Shown: piece by piece, positions 40,476 through 49,728 of the stretch
How positions within the stretch are numbered: the first letter of the stretch is position 1
Layout of the letters: each line of letters begins with the position of its first letter
Source of the DNA: Candidatus Gastranaerophilales bacterium
GTDB taxonomy: Bacteria; Cyanobacteriota; Vampirovibrionia; Gastranaerophilales; Gastranaerophilaceae
Assembly (NCBI GenBank): GCA_944323735.1
Contig: CALUTO010000006.1
Span: forward strand, 8,000-71,999
DNA: 64,000 bases
Direction of reading: 5' to 3'
Notes under the pieces: model-generated
What the model saw: the letters and a program-made list of their open reading frames with translations, nothing else
The model's database searches: none
Told to the model about the DNA's origin: nothing
Translations under genes and position numbers: made by a program

Positions 40476-42233
40476 TTATTTCCCCAGTATTTTGATAATT
40501 TTTTCAACTGCTTCTTCCGGTTTAAGAGTAATGACTTCACCTGTTTCACGTGTTTTGAACTCTACAAGTCCGTCATCTATGGTCTTTCCTACAGTAATTC
40601 TGAACGGAAATCCGATTAAATCAGCATCTTTGAATTTTACACCGGCACGTTCGTCTCTGTCATCCAGTACTGCTTCAACTTTCTGTTCAAGCAGCTTCTG
40701 GTAAATTTCATTTGCAACTTTAAACTGGAGTTCATTTTGTACATTAACCGGTACAACATCTACGTGGTACGGAGCAATGGACACCGGCCATTTAATACCG
40801 TGTTCATCGTGATGTCTTTCCACTGCGGCGGCGGCTGTTCTGGATATGCCTATACCATAGCAGCCCATAATAAAAGGCTGTGTCTTTCCGTTTTCATCAA
40901 GAAAAACAGCATTCATTGCTTTTGAGTATTTTGTACCGAGCTGGAATATGTTTCCTACCTCTATACCTTTTGTTACATGTAGCGGCTCCCCGCATTCAGG
41001 GCATTTTTCGCCCTTTTCTACCAGCCTTATATCGGCAAAAACAGGCTCTTTTAAATCAGACCAGTTTACACCGGCAAAGTGTTTATCTGTTTCATTTGCT
41101 CCGATTACAAAATTTTTCATCTCTTTTGCCGTCAGGTCAGCAACAACCTGTATTGTATCTCCGTCATACTCCTGCGGAATTTTAACTTTTTCAATGTCTT
41201 TCGGACCGACAAATCCTTTGCTTGCGCCAAAGATTGCCTCTAGTTCCGCAGGTGATGCACTTCTAATATCATGGGCTTTTAGTGCATTCATTACTTTTGT
41301 TTCTTCAAATGTTTTGTCAGCCCTGATTAGAGCCATTGCTACTTTATTGTCGGCAATATAAATCATTGATTTTAGTATAATTGTTTGCGGAATATTCAAA
41401 AATCCGGCAAGTTCCTCTATTGTAGCAGTATTTGGAGTATCGACTTTTTTAAATTCACTGAAATATTTTCCGCCGTCTGTTTCAGCCGGCTCAAGCACAG
41501 AAACAGCATGGTTTGCGTTTGCAGCATAGCCGCAGGATTTGTTCTTGCAGAAAAACACATCATTCTCTCCTGCATTATTTTCTGTGTCATCAATTAAAAC
41601 CATATATTCGTGCGAGACAGCCCCGCCTATAGCTCCCGAGTCAGATTGAACAGCTTTCGTCTCCAGACCGCAGCGGTCAAAGATTTTTGTATATGCATCT
41701 GCCATGATTTTATAAGATTTTTCGAGTCCTTCCTGATTTACATCAAAGCTGTATGCATCTTTCATAATGAACTCTCTGCCCCTTAATAGTCCGTATCTGG
41801 GACGAACTTCGTCTCTGAATTTCGATTGTATCTGGTATAAATTGACAGGAAGCTGTTTGTAGGATTTTATACCTTCTCTTGCGATAAAAGTAATGACTTC
41901 TTCGTGTGTCGGACCGAGGCACATACCTCTGTCATGCCTGTCTTTCAGTCTCATTAATTCTTTTCCGTATACATCCCATCTGCCGGACTCTTTCCACAGC
42001 TCTTCCGGCTGTACAAACGGCATGAGCAATTCCTGTGCGCCCGAGGCATCCATTTCTTCACGCACTATATTTTCCACTTTCTTAAGCACCCGCCACATTA
42101 ATGGAAGGTAGTTATATATCCCGTTTGCAAGCTTTCTTATATATCCCGCTCTGACAAGAAGTTTGTGGCTTATGACTTCTGCGTCTGACGGATAGTCTCT
42201 AAGAGTTTGTACAAAGAGTTTTGACATTTTCAT
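40476..42233 (-). CDS. proS: proline--tRNA ligase (bacterial type with editing insertion)
   Basis: 585 aa. KFRDEVRPRYGLLRGREFIMKDAYSF, GCYGIGISR. Confidence 0.97.
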   Translation of the reverse strand: MKMSKLFVQTLRDYPSDAEVISHKLLVRAGYIRKLANGIYNYLPLMWRVLKKVENIVREEMDASGAQELLMPFVQPEELWKESGRWDVYGKELMRLKDRHDRGMCLGPTHEEVITFIAREGIKSYKQLPVNLYQIQSKFRDEVRPRYGLLRGREFIMKDAYSFDVNQEGLEKSYKIMADAYTKIFDRCGLETKAVQSDSGAIGGAVSHEYMVLIDDTENNAGENDVFFCKNKSCGYAANANHAVSVLEPAETDGGKYFSEFKKVDTPNTATIEELAGFLNIPQTIILKSMIYIADNKVAMALIRADKTFEETKVMNALKAHDIRSASPAELEAIFGASKGFVGPKDIEKVKIPQEYDGDTIQVVADLTAKEMKNFVIGANETDKHFAGVNWSDLKEPVFADIRLVEKGEKCPECGEPLHVTKGIEVGNIFQLGTKYSKAMNAVFLDENGKTQPFIMGCYGIGISRTAAAAVERHHDEHGIKWPVSIAPYHVDVVPVNVQNELQFKVANEIYQKLLEQKVEAVLDDRDERAGVKFKDADLIGFPFRITVGKTIDDGLVEFKTRETGEVITLKPEEAVEKIIKILGK

Positions 42234-42307
42234 ATCTGTATTCCTTTATTTTTATGGTTTATTCCTGCTTATACATTTAATACATTTTAATATTAGCATA
42301 AAAAAAC

Positions 42308-42336
42308 TTGATAATAATTTTTGAGCAATTTAAAAT
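42308..42336 (+). promoter_or_regulatory. candidate sigma-70 promoter of rpmE
   Basis: TTGATA - 17 nt - TAAAAT, ~40 nt upstream of the ATG. Confidence 0.45.
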
Positions 42337-42374
42337 TAAGATAAATCAGTATACGAAAGAAGGGAATAATAACA

Positions 42375-42578
42375 ATGAAAAAAGATATTCATCCTGAATA
42401 TAAAAAAATGAAAATTAAATGTGTATGCGGAAATGAAATCGAAACCGGTTCTGTAATGGACGATATCACGGTTGAAATCTGCAATAACTGTCATCCGTTC
42501 TTCACCGGCACACAAAAAATCATGGACACTGAAGGACGTGTTGAAAGATTCAAGAAAAGATACGAACAGAATAAATAG
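42375..42578 (+). CDS. rpmE: 50S ribosomal protein L31 (zinc-binding type)
   Basis: 67 aa. MKKDIHPEY start, CVCGNE...[10 protein letters not shown]. Confidence 0.96.
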   Translation: MKKDIHPEYKKMKIKCVCGNEIETGSVMDDITVEICNNCHPFFTGTQKIMDTEGRVERFKKRYEQNK

Positions 42579-42610
42579 TTTATCTTTTTATACCGGTATT
42601 TTAAACAAAA

Positions 42611-42637
42611 GGCGGATATATATTATCCGCTTTTTTG
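42611..42637 (+). terminator. intrinsic terminator after rpmE
   Basis: GGCGGATA-tatat-TATCCGC followed by TTTTTTG. Confidence 0.85.
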
Positions 42638-42773
42638 TGAGAAAAGTTATACTTTATACCGTTTATTTCTAAACAATAAAATATTAAAATTCATACGCTA
42701 TGGATACAAAACTTCTCACTAGATTTTTGAGTATACTTTTGATTTTCACCTGTATAATACTCGGGATTGAATT

Positions 42774-42811
42774 TGTAAAAACAGTGCTGCATGCTCTTTT
42801 ACCTGCAGCAT
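42774..42811 (-). terminator. intrinsic terminator after etfA
   Basis: Minus strand ATGCTGCA-ggtaaaagagca-TGCAGCAC followed by TGTTTTTAC. Confidence 0.6.
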
Positions 42812-42889
42812 TTCCGACAAAAATCTGCTTTTTGCCGGACAAAGTGTTATACGGACTTGCAAACAGCTTCCTGCCGGAACGGACATGTG

Positions 42890-43843
42890 TCAGACATAAA
42901 ATTCATTTATAAGAGTTTTTAAGACAGTTACTGCATCCGCAGGAATTGAAACATCAGATATCTTCATTATAGGTGCATTTCTATCTGTGTTAACTGCGAT
43001 AATCCTGTCAGCGTTTTCTATTCCGACTATATGCTGCATTGCACCGGAAATGCCAAATGCTATGTATAGTTTCGGGGAAACAGAAGAGCCGGTCTGTCCG
43101 ATTTGTATAGCGGCATCTGCCCAGCCAAGCTCGACTGCACAGCGTGAAGCAGCAGGCTGCGCATCGATTTTTTCGCAGAGTTTGTATATCAAATCAAAAT
43201 TTTCTTTGCTTCCGAGTCCTCTTCCTCCGGCAACAATTATTTGTGCGTTTGCCCAATCTGTAATGTTCTGTTTTTTTGTGTATGATATTATGCTCGTTTT
43301 AAGTTTTGAACAATCAATTTCAGGATAAATTTCGGTGATTTTAGTGTTTTCTTTTCCTGAAAATCCGCTGAATTTCAATGCTCCGGGGCGTATTGTCGCA
43401 AACTGCGGAGTCGTTTTTGAAAGTATTGTAGCCATAAGTTTTCCGCCGTATGTCGGGCGTGTTGCATTAAGCAGATTATCTTCATCCAGCGAGATTTCCG
43501 TGCAATCTGCCGTGAGTCCCGCATTCAATGCTGACGCAATACCGGGTGCCAGATCTCTGCCCGATGGTGTTGCCGGAATGAGCACAATATCATGTTCGTG
43601 TGTTTTTAGAAAATCAACAGCTGCTTTTTTGTATATTTCCGTAGAGTAGTTTAGAAAATTTTCATTTATAAGCAGGTACAGATTGTCCAAACCTGTTGCA
43701 GACAGACGGTGTGTATCATTGTTTGTGGTAAAAACTGCTGCATTTATCTCTGCATTTTGAAAATTTTTCATACAGTATGAAATAATTTCGTCAGAGGGTT
43801 CTTTATCACCCGATATCTCCGCAAAAACTAAAATACGTGTCAT
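42890..43843 (-). CDS. etfA: electron transfer flavoprotein subunit alpha
   Basis: 317 aa. IVAGGRGLGS and PKLYIAFGISGAMQHIVG FAD-binding signature. Confidence 0.9.
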   Translation of the reverse strand: MTRILVFAEISGDKEPSDEIISYCMKNFQNAEINAAVFTTNNDTHRLSATGLDNLYLLINENFLNYSTEIYKKAAVDFLKTHEHDIVLIPATPSGRDLAPGIASALNAGLTADCTEISLDEDNLLNATRPTYGGKLMATILSKTTPQFATIRPGALKFSGFSGKENTKITEIYPEIDCSKLKTSIISYTKKQNITDWANAQIIVAGGRGLGSKENFDLIYKLCEKIDAQPAASRCAVELGWADAAIQIGQTGSSVSPKLYIAFGISGAMQHIVGIENADRIIAVNTDRNAPIMKISDVSIPADAVTVLKTLINEFYV

Positions 43844-44637
43844 GTCTGTCCCCCTCCGGCAGAAGTGATTTCATTTTTTATTGCTTCAATATAATTTTCT
43901 TCTATGATTGTATTTTTTCTTTGTTTCATTGCCCTGTAAGCTTTTTTTACATAAGTTGGCGAGCCTGCGTATCCTGTTCTTTCTTTGTCTGCGCTAATAT
44001 CTCCGGACGTTAGTGTAATTATTTTTGTGTCCTGTGAACGTATATAGTCATTTATACGTGGTTGAATATATGTTCCTTTTGCATCTATTGTTAACAGTGC
44101 TGGAAGCTCTGCTTTTATTTTTGAAATCGATGTTTTTGTTTCGCTAATTGCAGTTATGCTGTTATCTGTCAGTTCTTCTATGCTTTTGCATCCATTTATG
44201 TGTGGAATATTGAGCTTTTCAGCCATGCTTGCCGGAGTTTGCGCCGTGTCTCCGTCAATTGCCTGTTGTCCGCAAATAATCAGGTTAAAATCGGGCTCTT
44301 TTTCTTTAACAAATCGGGAAAGAGTGTATGCAGTGGCAAGAGTGTCAGAGCCGGAGAATTTTCTGTCGCATAAAAGAAATGCCCTGTCAGCACCCAGTGC
44401 AATTGCCTGTTTTAAAGCTTCTTCAGCCTGAGCCGGCCCCATTGAGGCTGCAATTATTTCTGCATTTTTTACTCTGTATTTTTTTATTTCCACAGCAGTT
44501 TGAATTGCACTTAAATCGTATGGATTAATTATGCTGTCAAGTCCTTCTCTTTGTATTGTGTTATTTTCTGTCCATTTGATATCATCAGTGTCGGGCACCT
44601 GTTTTATGAACACGAGAATTTTGAATTTTTTATCCAT
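43840..44637 (-). CDS. etfB: electron transfer flavoprotein subunit beta
   Basis: 265 aa. ILVFIKQVPD start, INPYDLSAIQTAVEIK, LIICGQQAIDGDTAQ. Confidence 0.9.
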   Translation of the reverse strand: MDKKFKILVFIKQVPDTDDIKWTENNTIQREGLDSIINPYDLSAIQTAVEIKKYRVKNAEIIAASMGPAQAEEALKQAIALGADRAFLLCDRKFSGSDTLATAYTLSRFVKEKEPDFNLIICGQQAIDGDTAQTPASMAEKLNIPHINGCKSIEELTDNSITAISETKTSISKIKAELPALLTIDAKGTYIQPRINDYIRSQDTKIITLTSGDISADKERTGYAGSPTYVKKAYRAMKQRKNTIIEENYIEAIKNEITSAGGGQT

Positions 44638-45479
44638 TAAATATCTAATCCTAAATCTAAGACTTTGGCATTTGCTACTATAGCACTGGTTGAAATTATA
44701 TCGACACCTGTTGATGCAATTTCTTTTACTGTATCAAGTTTAACATTTCCGCTTGCCTCAACAATAGCTCTTTTGTCTATAAGGTTAACACATTCTTTCA
44801 TTAAGCTTACCGGCATGTTGTCAAGCATTATAATGTCACAGCCGCATTTCAGAGCTTCTTCGACATCTGAAACAGTTTCGCATTCTATTTCGATTTTATG
44901 CGCATGTGATATTTTTTCTTTTATAAGATTTACTGCTTTTGTAATGGAACCGGCCTGACGAATGTGGTTGTCTTTTATCATCACGCAGTCGCACAGATTG
45001 AATCTGTGTGGTCTTGCGCCTCCTGTCTGAACTGCATATTTTTCAAAATAGCGGAAGCCCGGTGTATTTTTTCTTGTGTCAGTGATTTTTGCTTTGTACG
45101 GATGAATTTCCTTTTGATATTTTGCAGTTTCTGTTGCTATGCCTGACATACGCTGTATGTAATTCAGTGCGGTTCTTTCTCCTGTAAGTATTGCTTTTGA
45201 TGAACCTTTTAGTACAGCTATGTTGCTGCCTTTTTTGAGAATATCGCCGTCATTTAAATTAAAAACAATTTCGACATCCGGTGATAATATCTTAAATACT
45301 TTAGCGAAAACCTGTGCTCCGCAGAAAACACCGTCTTCTCTCGTATTCAGAAATGCCGTGATTGTATCATGTTCACTGTAAATACAGTCTGTTGTAATAT
45401 CACCGAAGCCTATATCTTCTTCAAGGGCAGCTTTTATGTGCTTTTCTATAATAAAATCATGCAGTAACTGTTGAACCAT
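44637..45479 (-). CDS. nadC: nicotinate-nucleotide pyrophosphorylase (carboxylating)
   Basis: 280 aa. DTRKNTPGFRYFEKYAV, IMLDNM, EASGNV. Confidence 0.92.
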   Translation of the reverse strand: MVQQLLHDFIIEKHIKAALEEDIGFGDITTDCIYSEHDTITAFLNTREDGVFCGAQVFAKVFKILSPDVEIVFNLNDGDILKKGSNIAVLKGSSKAILTGERTALNYIQRMSGIATETAKYQKEIHPYKAKITDTRKNTPGFRYFEKYAVQTGGARPHRFNLCDCVMIKDNHIRQAGSITKAVNLIKEKISHAHKIEIECETVSDVEEALKCGCDIIMLDNMPVSLMKECVNLIDKRAIVEASGNVKLDTVKEIASTGVDIISTSAIVANAKVLDLGLDI

Positions 45480-47088
45480 CAGACCGTTCCTTTATTATTT
45501 GCGCAGCAGGCTCTGTGCATTCTACGGAATCAGAACGATAATGCGCGCCTATTGATGTTTTTCTTTTCAAAGCCGCATTAATTATACTTTTTGCGACATA
45601 AATCAAATTTCTGACTTCATATTCTTTTGCTGTTGAACAAATTTTGTTTAAATCAAAAGCTGTCGCAATTTTGTTAATATCAGAAAGTGCAGTGAGCAAG
45701 GATGTTTCATCCCTGACAATACCGACATTTTTCCACATTGTATCTTTTATTGCCGTAATATATTTGTCCGTGTATTCTTCCGGACGGATTTCTTCTTCAT
45801 TTGATTCATATAGTTTAATTAGTGACATTATTGAATCGTCAATTACTTCTGAATTCTGGAGGTTAGCAAAAGACAATTTGTTGACAAGTTCGTAAGCCGT
45901 AACTACACACTCCAGCAGAGAGTTGCTGGCAAGTCTGTTTGCACCGTGAAGTGAAGTGCAGGCAACCTCGCCTATTGCATACAGGTTTTTTAAAGATGTG
46001 TGCCCGTCCACTGATGTTTTTACGCCTCCCATGCAGTAGTGAGCGGCAGGTGATACCGGAATATAGTCTTTTGTTACGTCTATTCCTGCTTTCAGACAGC
46101 TTGCGTATATATTGGGGAAGCGAGATTTAAAAGTTTCAACAGGTATGAGTGTGGCATCCAGATGCACTTTATTTGTACCGGTCTTTTTCATTTCAGCATA
46201 AATAGAACGTGTGACAATATCTCTGCTTGCGAGGTCTTTTTGCTCGTGATAACGCTCCATAAAGTATTCGCCGTCTTTGTTTATAAGTTTTGCACCCTCT
46301 CCTCTTACTGATTCGGAAATAAGAAATCTTGATTCATCATTGTCAATCGAAAGAGCTGTGGGGTGGAACTGGATAAATTCCATATCTTTTATTTCCGCAC
46401 CTGCTCTGATTGCGAGAGCGAGCCCGTCTCCTGTTGCCACTGAAGGGTTTGTTGTATATTTATACACCTGTCCGGTACCGCCTGTAGCCAGAATTGTTAC
46501 CGGTGCATATATTGTTTCGTATTCTCTGGTAATTTCATTAAAGGCTATTATACCCCTGCACTGTCTTTTTGAATCAACCAGCAGCTCAACGGCATGTGTC
46601 TGTTCATATATGGAAATGTTTCTTGAAACAGACTGGTCGGATTGCACTTTCTGGACAAGTGCTTTTTCTATACTGAATCCTGTTGCGTCTCCTCCGGCAT
46701 GCAAAATTCTTCTGACGCTGTGCGCTCCTTCAAGTGTAAATGTCAGTTCCCTGTTTTCATTTCTGTCAAAATTGACTCCGTATTCTATAAGATCCTGTAT
46801 TGCAAATCTGCTGTTTTCTGAAATAAATTTTACTACATTTAAATCAGATAAACCGCAGCCAGCCTTAAGCGTGTCTGCAACATGCAGGCTGACTGAATCT
46901 TTTTTGTTCTCGGGCAAAACTCCGACAATACCGCCCTGGGCATATCTGGAATTGCTCTCGGAAAGCTGTGATTTTGTGACCAGAAGAATACCGTCCGGTA
47001 ATGTAACATTTTCTGACAGCTTAATCGCTGCATACAACCCTGCAACCCCGCTGCCTACGATTATTACTGAATATTTTGAATGTTTCAT
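45457..47088 (-). CDS. nadB: L-aspartate oxidase
   Basis: 543 aa. VIIVGSGVAGLYAA, RYAQGGI, FHPTAL, LYAIGEVACTSLHGANRLASNSLLE. Confidence 0.95.
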   Translation of the reverse strand: MKHSKYSVIIVGSGVAGLYAAIKLSENVTLPDGILLVTKSQLSESNSRYAQGGIVGVLPENKKDSVSLHVADTLKAGCGLSDLNVVKFISENSRFAIQDLIEYGVNFDRNENRELTFTLEGAHSVRRILHAGGDATGFSIEKALVQKVQSDQSVSRNISIYEQTHAVELLVDSKRQCRGIIAFNEITREYETIYAPVTILATGGTGQVYKYTTNPSVATGDGLALAIRAGAEIKDMEFIQFHPTALSIDNDESRFLISESVRGEGAKLINKDGEYFMERYHEQKDLASRDIVTRSIYAEMKKTGTNKVHLDATLIPVETFKSRFPNIYASCLKAGIDVTKDYIPVSPAAHYCMGGVKTSVDGHTSLKNLYAIGEVACTSLHGANRLASNSLLECVVTAYELVNKLSFANLQNSEVIDDSIMSLIKLYESNEEEIRPEEYTDKYITAIKDTMWKNVGIVRDETSLLTALSDINKIATAFDLNKICSTAKEYEVRNLIYVAKSIINAALKRKTSIGAHYRSDSVECTEPAAQIIKERSDGSTVTA

Positions 47089-47416
47089 TGGTGCACCTTT
47101 TAAATTTATTTATAAGATAATATAAAAATAAAATTATTGCCACTAGAAAATTAGTTATATTCTCATGCCTGTCTTCTCTATGTTTTATCATACCTTTATA
47201 TTGCATTTCCGGCATGTTGGATGTAATGTTGGCATGGAAAAGCTGTAAAAGAGGTTTGAAATATTCTTTTTTTTATAAATGAAGCTTAGTTAAAAACTTT
47301 GCCACAGCTGCTTTTTCAGTTTATTGTTAACTTTTGTTAATAAAAAATTCTTTACTAGCAAAAAATTTTTTTTTCAATTATTAAAGCATATGCGAACGTC
47401 ATTTAATGGAGGACTT

Positions 47417-47611
47417 ATGATACAAGCACCGCAGAACTATGTTCCTGTTCAACAGGCACCTGTTCAACAAACACCTTATAACCAGCCGCAGGTCAATGCT
47501 GTTAATATCCAGATTTTTGATCCTAAATCTTTTGCACAGCCGGATCCAGTTTACAATTATCCGCAGGCACCTATATACCAGTATCCGGAAGCTAAAAAAG
47601 AAAATGTTTAA
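47417..47611 (+). CDS. small Pro/Gln-rich protein (64 aa), paralog of the N-terminus of the next gene
   Basis: ATG at 47417 preceded by GGAGGA. The track ORF 47324-47611 has an implausible N-terminal extension. MIQAPQNYVPVQQAPVQQTPYNQPQVNAVNIQIFDPKSFAQPDPVYNYPQAPIYQYPEAKKENV. Confidence 0.65.
   Translation: MIQAPQNYVPVQQAPVQQTPYNQPQVNAVNIQIFDPKSFAQPDPVYNYPQAPIYQYPEAKKENV
47483..47523 (+). repeat. 41-nt exact direct repeat, copy 1
   Basis: CAGCCGCAGGTCAATGCTGTTAATATCCAGATTTTTGATCC, identical to 47824-47864. Confidence 0.9.
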
Positions 47612-47766
47612 TATAACTAAATTGAGCAGCTGTTTTTAGAGTTGCTCTTTTGTTGTTAGAAAACTTTTTGTTAAGAATTATTAAAATACTAAAAAAAAAT
47701 AGCAATTTTCAATATTCATATCTATTAAATAAGTAGAAAAAATACATTTTAAAAAAGGGGAAAAAT

Positions 47767-48906
47767 ATGATACAAGCACCACAAGCTTATACTCCTGTAC
47801 AACAACAGCCTTTATACCGCCAGCAGCCGCAGGTCAATGCTGTTAATATCCAGATTTTTGATCCCAAGTCCTTTGCTCAACCGGATCCTACATACGCAAT
47901 GCCGACAAATTCTGTTTATACAGTGCCGCAGCAGTCAGTTTACAATCCGGCACAACCTGATTCACAGACTCCGCCGGCTCCTCCGGTTCCGGTGCCTCCG
48001 CCGGTTGTGAATACCCAGAATGTTAACCCGCCGGCACCTTCGGTAATCCCGCAGCAGCCGCAGCCTACACCGGCTCCGGTACAGCCGCAAGCTGCACCTC
48101 AGACACAGACTCCGGAACAGCCTGTAACTCCTCCGCCGGCTCCCCAGCCTACAGCAGCCGCTCCGAGTTTCAACACAAAAGGACTTGCACAGGATGTAAA
48201 GTCTGATAACCTTGAAACAGCAGGTGCTGCAATTGAAAAGATAGCTGATATTGCTCAGCATAATCCTAATGAAGCCAAACAACTTCTGGATCAAGAACTA
48301 ATGGAAAGCCTTCTGGGTGTTATTGCAAAAGACACCACACAGCTTCAGGATGCTACACCCCAGCAGCTTCAATGGAGAGAAGAACTCCTTCAGGGCAAAA
48401 CATTAACTCCTGAACAAACAGCTGAAGCCCAGAAAATTTCACCAAAAGAAATGGCTGACAGAAACAAACAGTATGCACTATTCACTGTAGCAATACTTCA
48501 GGATTTGCTTGTTAAAGAATTTCAGGCACAAAACAATGTTACACCTGACATAAAAGACCTTCCGGGTATGGAGCAGATTGTGTCTACAATAAAAGACAAC
48601 AGCTCTCCAATGCTTAGAGCAAGCGGTCTTGCAGCTCTTGCTTACAATGCCAGACCTGAATACACACCTGTAATGAAAGAAATATTCGGTCTTTCAGAGC
48701 AGGACGAAGACCCGAATGTAAGAAATGTTGCAAGCGACGGATTTGAAAAACTTGCAAATATACACGTTCAGGAGGCTGAAAAAGCCCAGGCAGCAAATGA
48801 CAAAACGAATGCTATTGCAAACTACACAACAGCTGCAGATTTGACAAGAGATGCTAAACGTAAAGAAGATATCAAAAAATTGATTGATAACCTGCAAAAG
48901 GCATAA
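47767..48906 (+). CDS. hypothetical protein: conserved N-module, Pro-rich linker, C-terminal HEAT-like repeats
   Basis: 379 aa. Same N-terminal module as the preceding gene. ~90-aa PxP/QP linker. C-terminal wording SPMLRASGLAALAY and DEDPNVRNVASDGFEKLA, typical of HEAT repeats. Confidence 0.8.
   Translation: MIQAPQAYTPVQQQPLYRQQPQVNAVNIQIFDPKSFAQPDPTYAMPTNSVYTVPQQSVYNPAQPDSQTPPAPPVPVPPPVVNTQNVNPPAPSVIPQQPQPTPAPVQPQAAPQTQTPEQPVTPPPAPQPTAAAPSFNTKGLAQDVKSDNLETAGAAIEKIADIAQHNPNEAKQLLDQELMESLLGVIAKDTTQLQDATPQQLQWREELLQGKTLTPEQTAEAQKISPKEMADRNKQYALFTVAILQDLLVKEFQAQNNVTPDIKDLPGMEQIVSTIKDNSSPMLRASGLAALAYNARPEYTPVMKEIFGLSEQDEDPNVRNVASDGFEKLANIHVQEAEKAQAANDKTNAIANYTTAADLTRDAKRKEDIKKLIDNLQKA
47824..47864 (+). 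repeat. 41-nt exact direct repeat, copy 2
   Basis: Identical to 47483-47523. Flanks are related but carry mostly synonymous differences. Confidence 0.9.
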
Positions 48907-48921
48907 TTAAATCATAACAAA

Positions 48922-48956
48922 AATAGCAGTCAGTAAAAACCGGCTGCTATTTTTAT
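48922..48956 (+). terminator. intrinsic terminator
   Basis: AATAGCAG-(loop)-CTGCTATT followed by TTTATTT. Confidence 0.65.
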
Positions 48957-49011
48957 TTCTGCAGGAACAAATTGTTTCAGTATGCGTCTTTCAGTATATG
49001 AACAATAAGTG

Positions 49012-49040
49012 TGAAAATGCCCGTACAGTAGTGTACGGGC
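49012..49040 (-). terminator. intrinsic terminator after 30-aa peptide gene
   Basis: GCCCGTAC-(6 nt)-GTACGGGC; on the minus strand it is followed by ATTTTCAC. Confidence 0.6.
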
Positions 49041-49064
49041 ACAAAATCTTTTTCGTTTCTGCTA

Positions 49065-49157
49065 TTAATGTGCTGTTTTTTCTTCCATGAAAGATGGAAT
49101 AGCAATAAATGCAAAATACATTAATAAGCCAAATGCTACTAAACTTAAAATTTCCAT
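49065..49157 (-). CDS. 30-aa hydrophobic peptide (below ORF-track cutoff)
   Basis: Hand-translated MEILSLVAFGLLMYFAFIAIPSFMEEKTAH. AGGTGA lies 4 nt upstream of the ATG. A stem-loop terminator follows. Confidence 0.45.
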   Translation of the reverse strand: MEILSLVAFGLLMYFAFIAIPSFMEEKTAH

Positions 49158-49390
49158 GATGTCACCTGCCGATTACCTGATTACTTATTTACATTATTAT
49201 AATTCCCCAAAATTTTATTTTTTAAACACCAAATGATGTATTTTTTTATAAAAAAGATAAAAAAATTCAAAAATATTTAAAAAAGTGTACAAAAAGCACA
49301 AAATAATGATGATTTTTTATTTAAAAAAACGATTTACAAATTAAATTTAGCTTTATTGGATATTTTTTTTATAGTATTGTGAGGATTAAG

Positions 49391-49723
49391 ATGAATAAGA
49401 AATTTTTAGATACAATTTTTTCAGATATGTGCTGTTCCGACTGCAGAGCGGACTTTACGGCTGAATCAGTAAAAGTGATAAGGCAGGAAAAGGACTTATA
49501 TGTAGTTCAGATTATCTGCCAAAAGTGTGGAAAAGCGTTCGGGATTGCACTTTTTGGCAATTGCTCGGAGAAGGGCAGGAGCTACAGTCAGGATGAACTT
49601 GTTATGGAAGTAACAGAGGGACCGGAGGCTATAAGTTATGACGATGTTATTGATGCGCACAAATTTATCCGCAGTCTGGATGCTGACTGGCTTAAACACA
49701 TTCCTGAAAATTTCCGAAAATAG
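49391..49723 (+). CDS. hypothetical zinc-ribbon protein
   Basis: ATG at 49391 after GAGGA (track ORF starts at GTG 49379). CCSDC...CQKCG four-Cys arrangement. Confidence 0.6.
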   Translation: MNKKFLDTIFSDMCCSDCRADFTAESVKVIRQEKDLYVVQIICQKCGKAFGIALFGNCSEKGRSYSQDELVMEVTEGPEAISYDDVIDAHKFIRSLDADWLKHIPENFRK

Positions 49724-49728
49724 CCGGC

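Noticed and set aside
42700-42912. 70-aa + strand ORF between rpmE and etfA
   Set aside because: No SD. It contains the minus-strand etfA terminator hairpin (42784-42811) and overlaps the etfA 3' end. It is more likely a 3' UTR.
46277-47125. 282-aa ORF on the + strand
   Set aside because: It is entirely antisense to the well-supported nadB. Its composition is Ser/Pro/Cys-rich nonsense, typical of the reverse frame of an AT-rich gene, and it has no SD.
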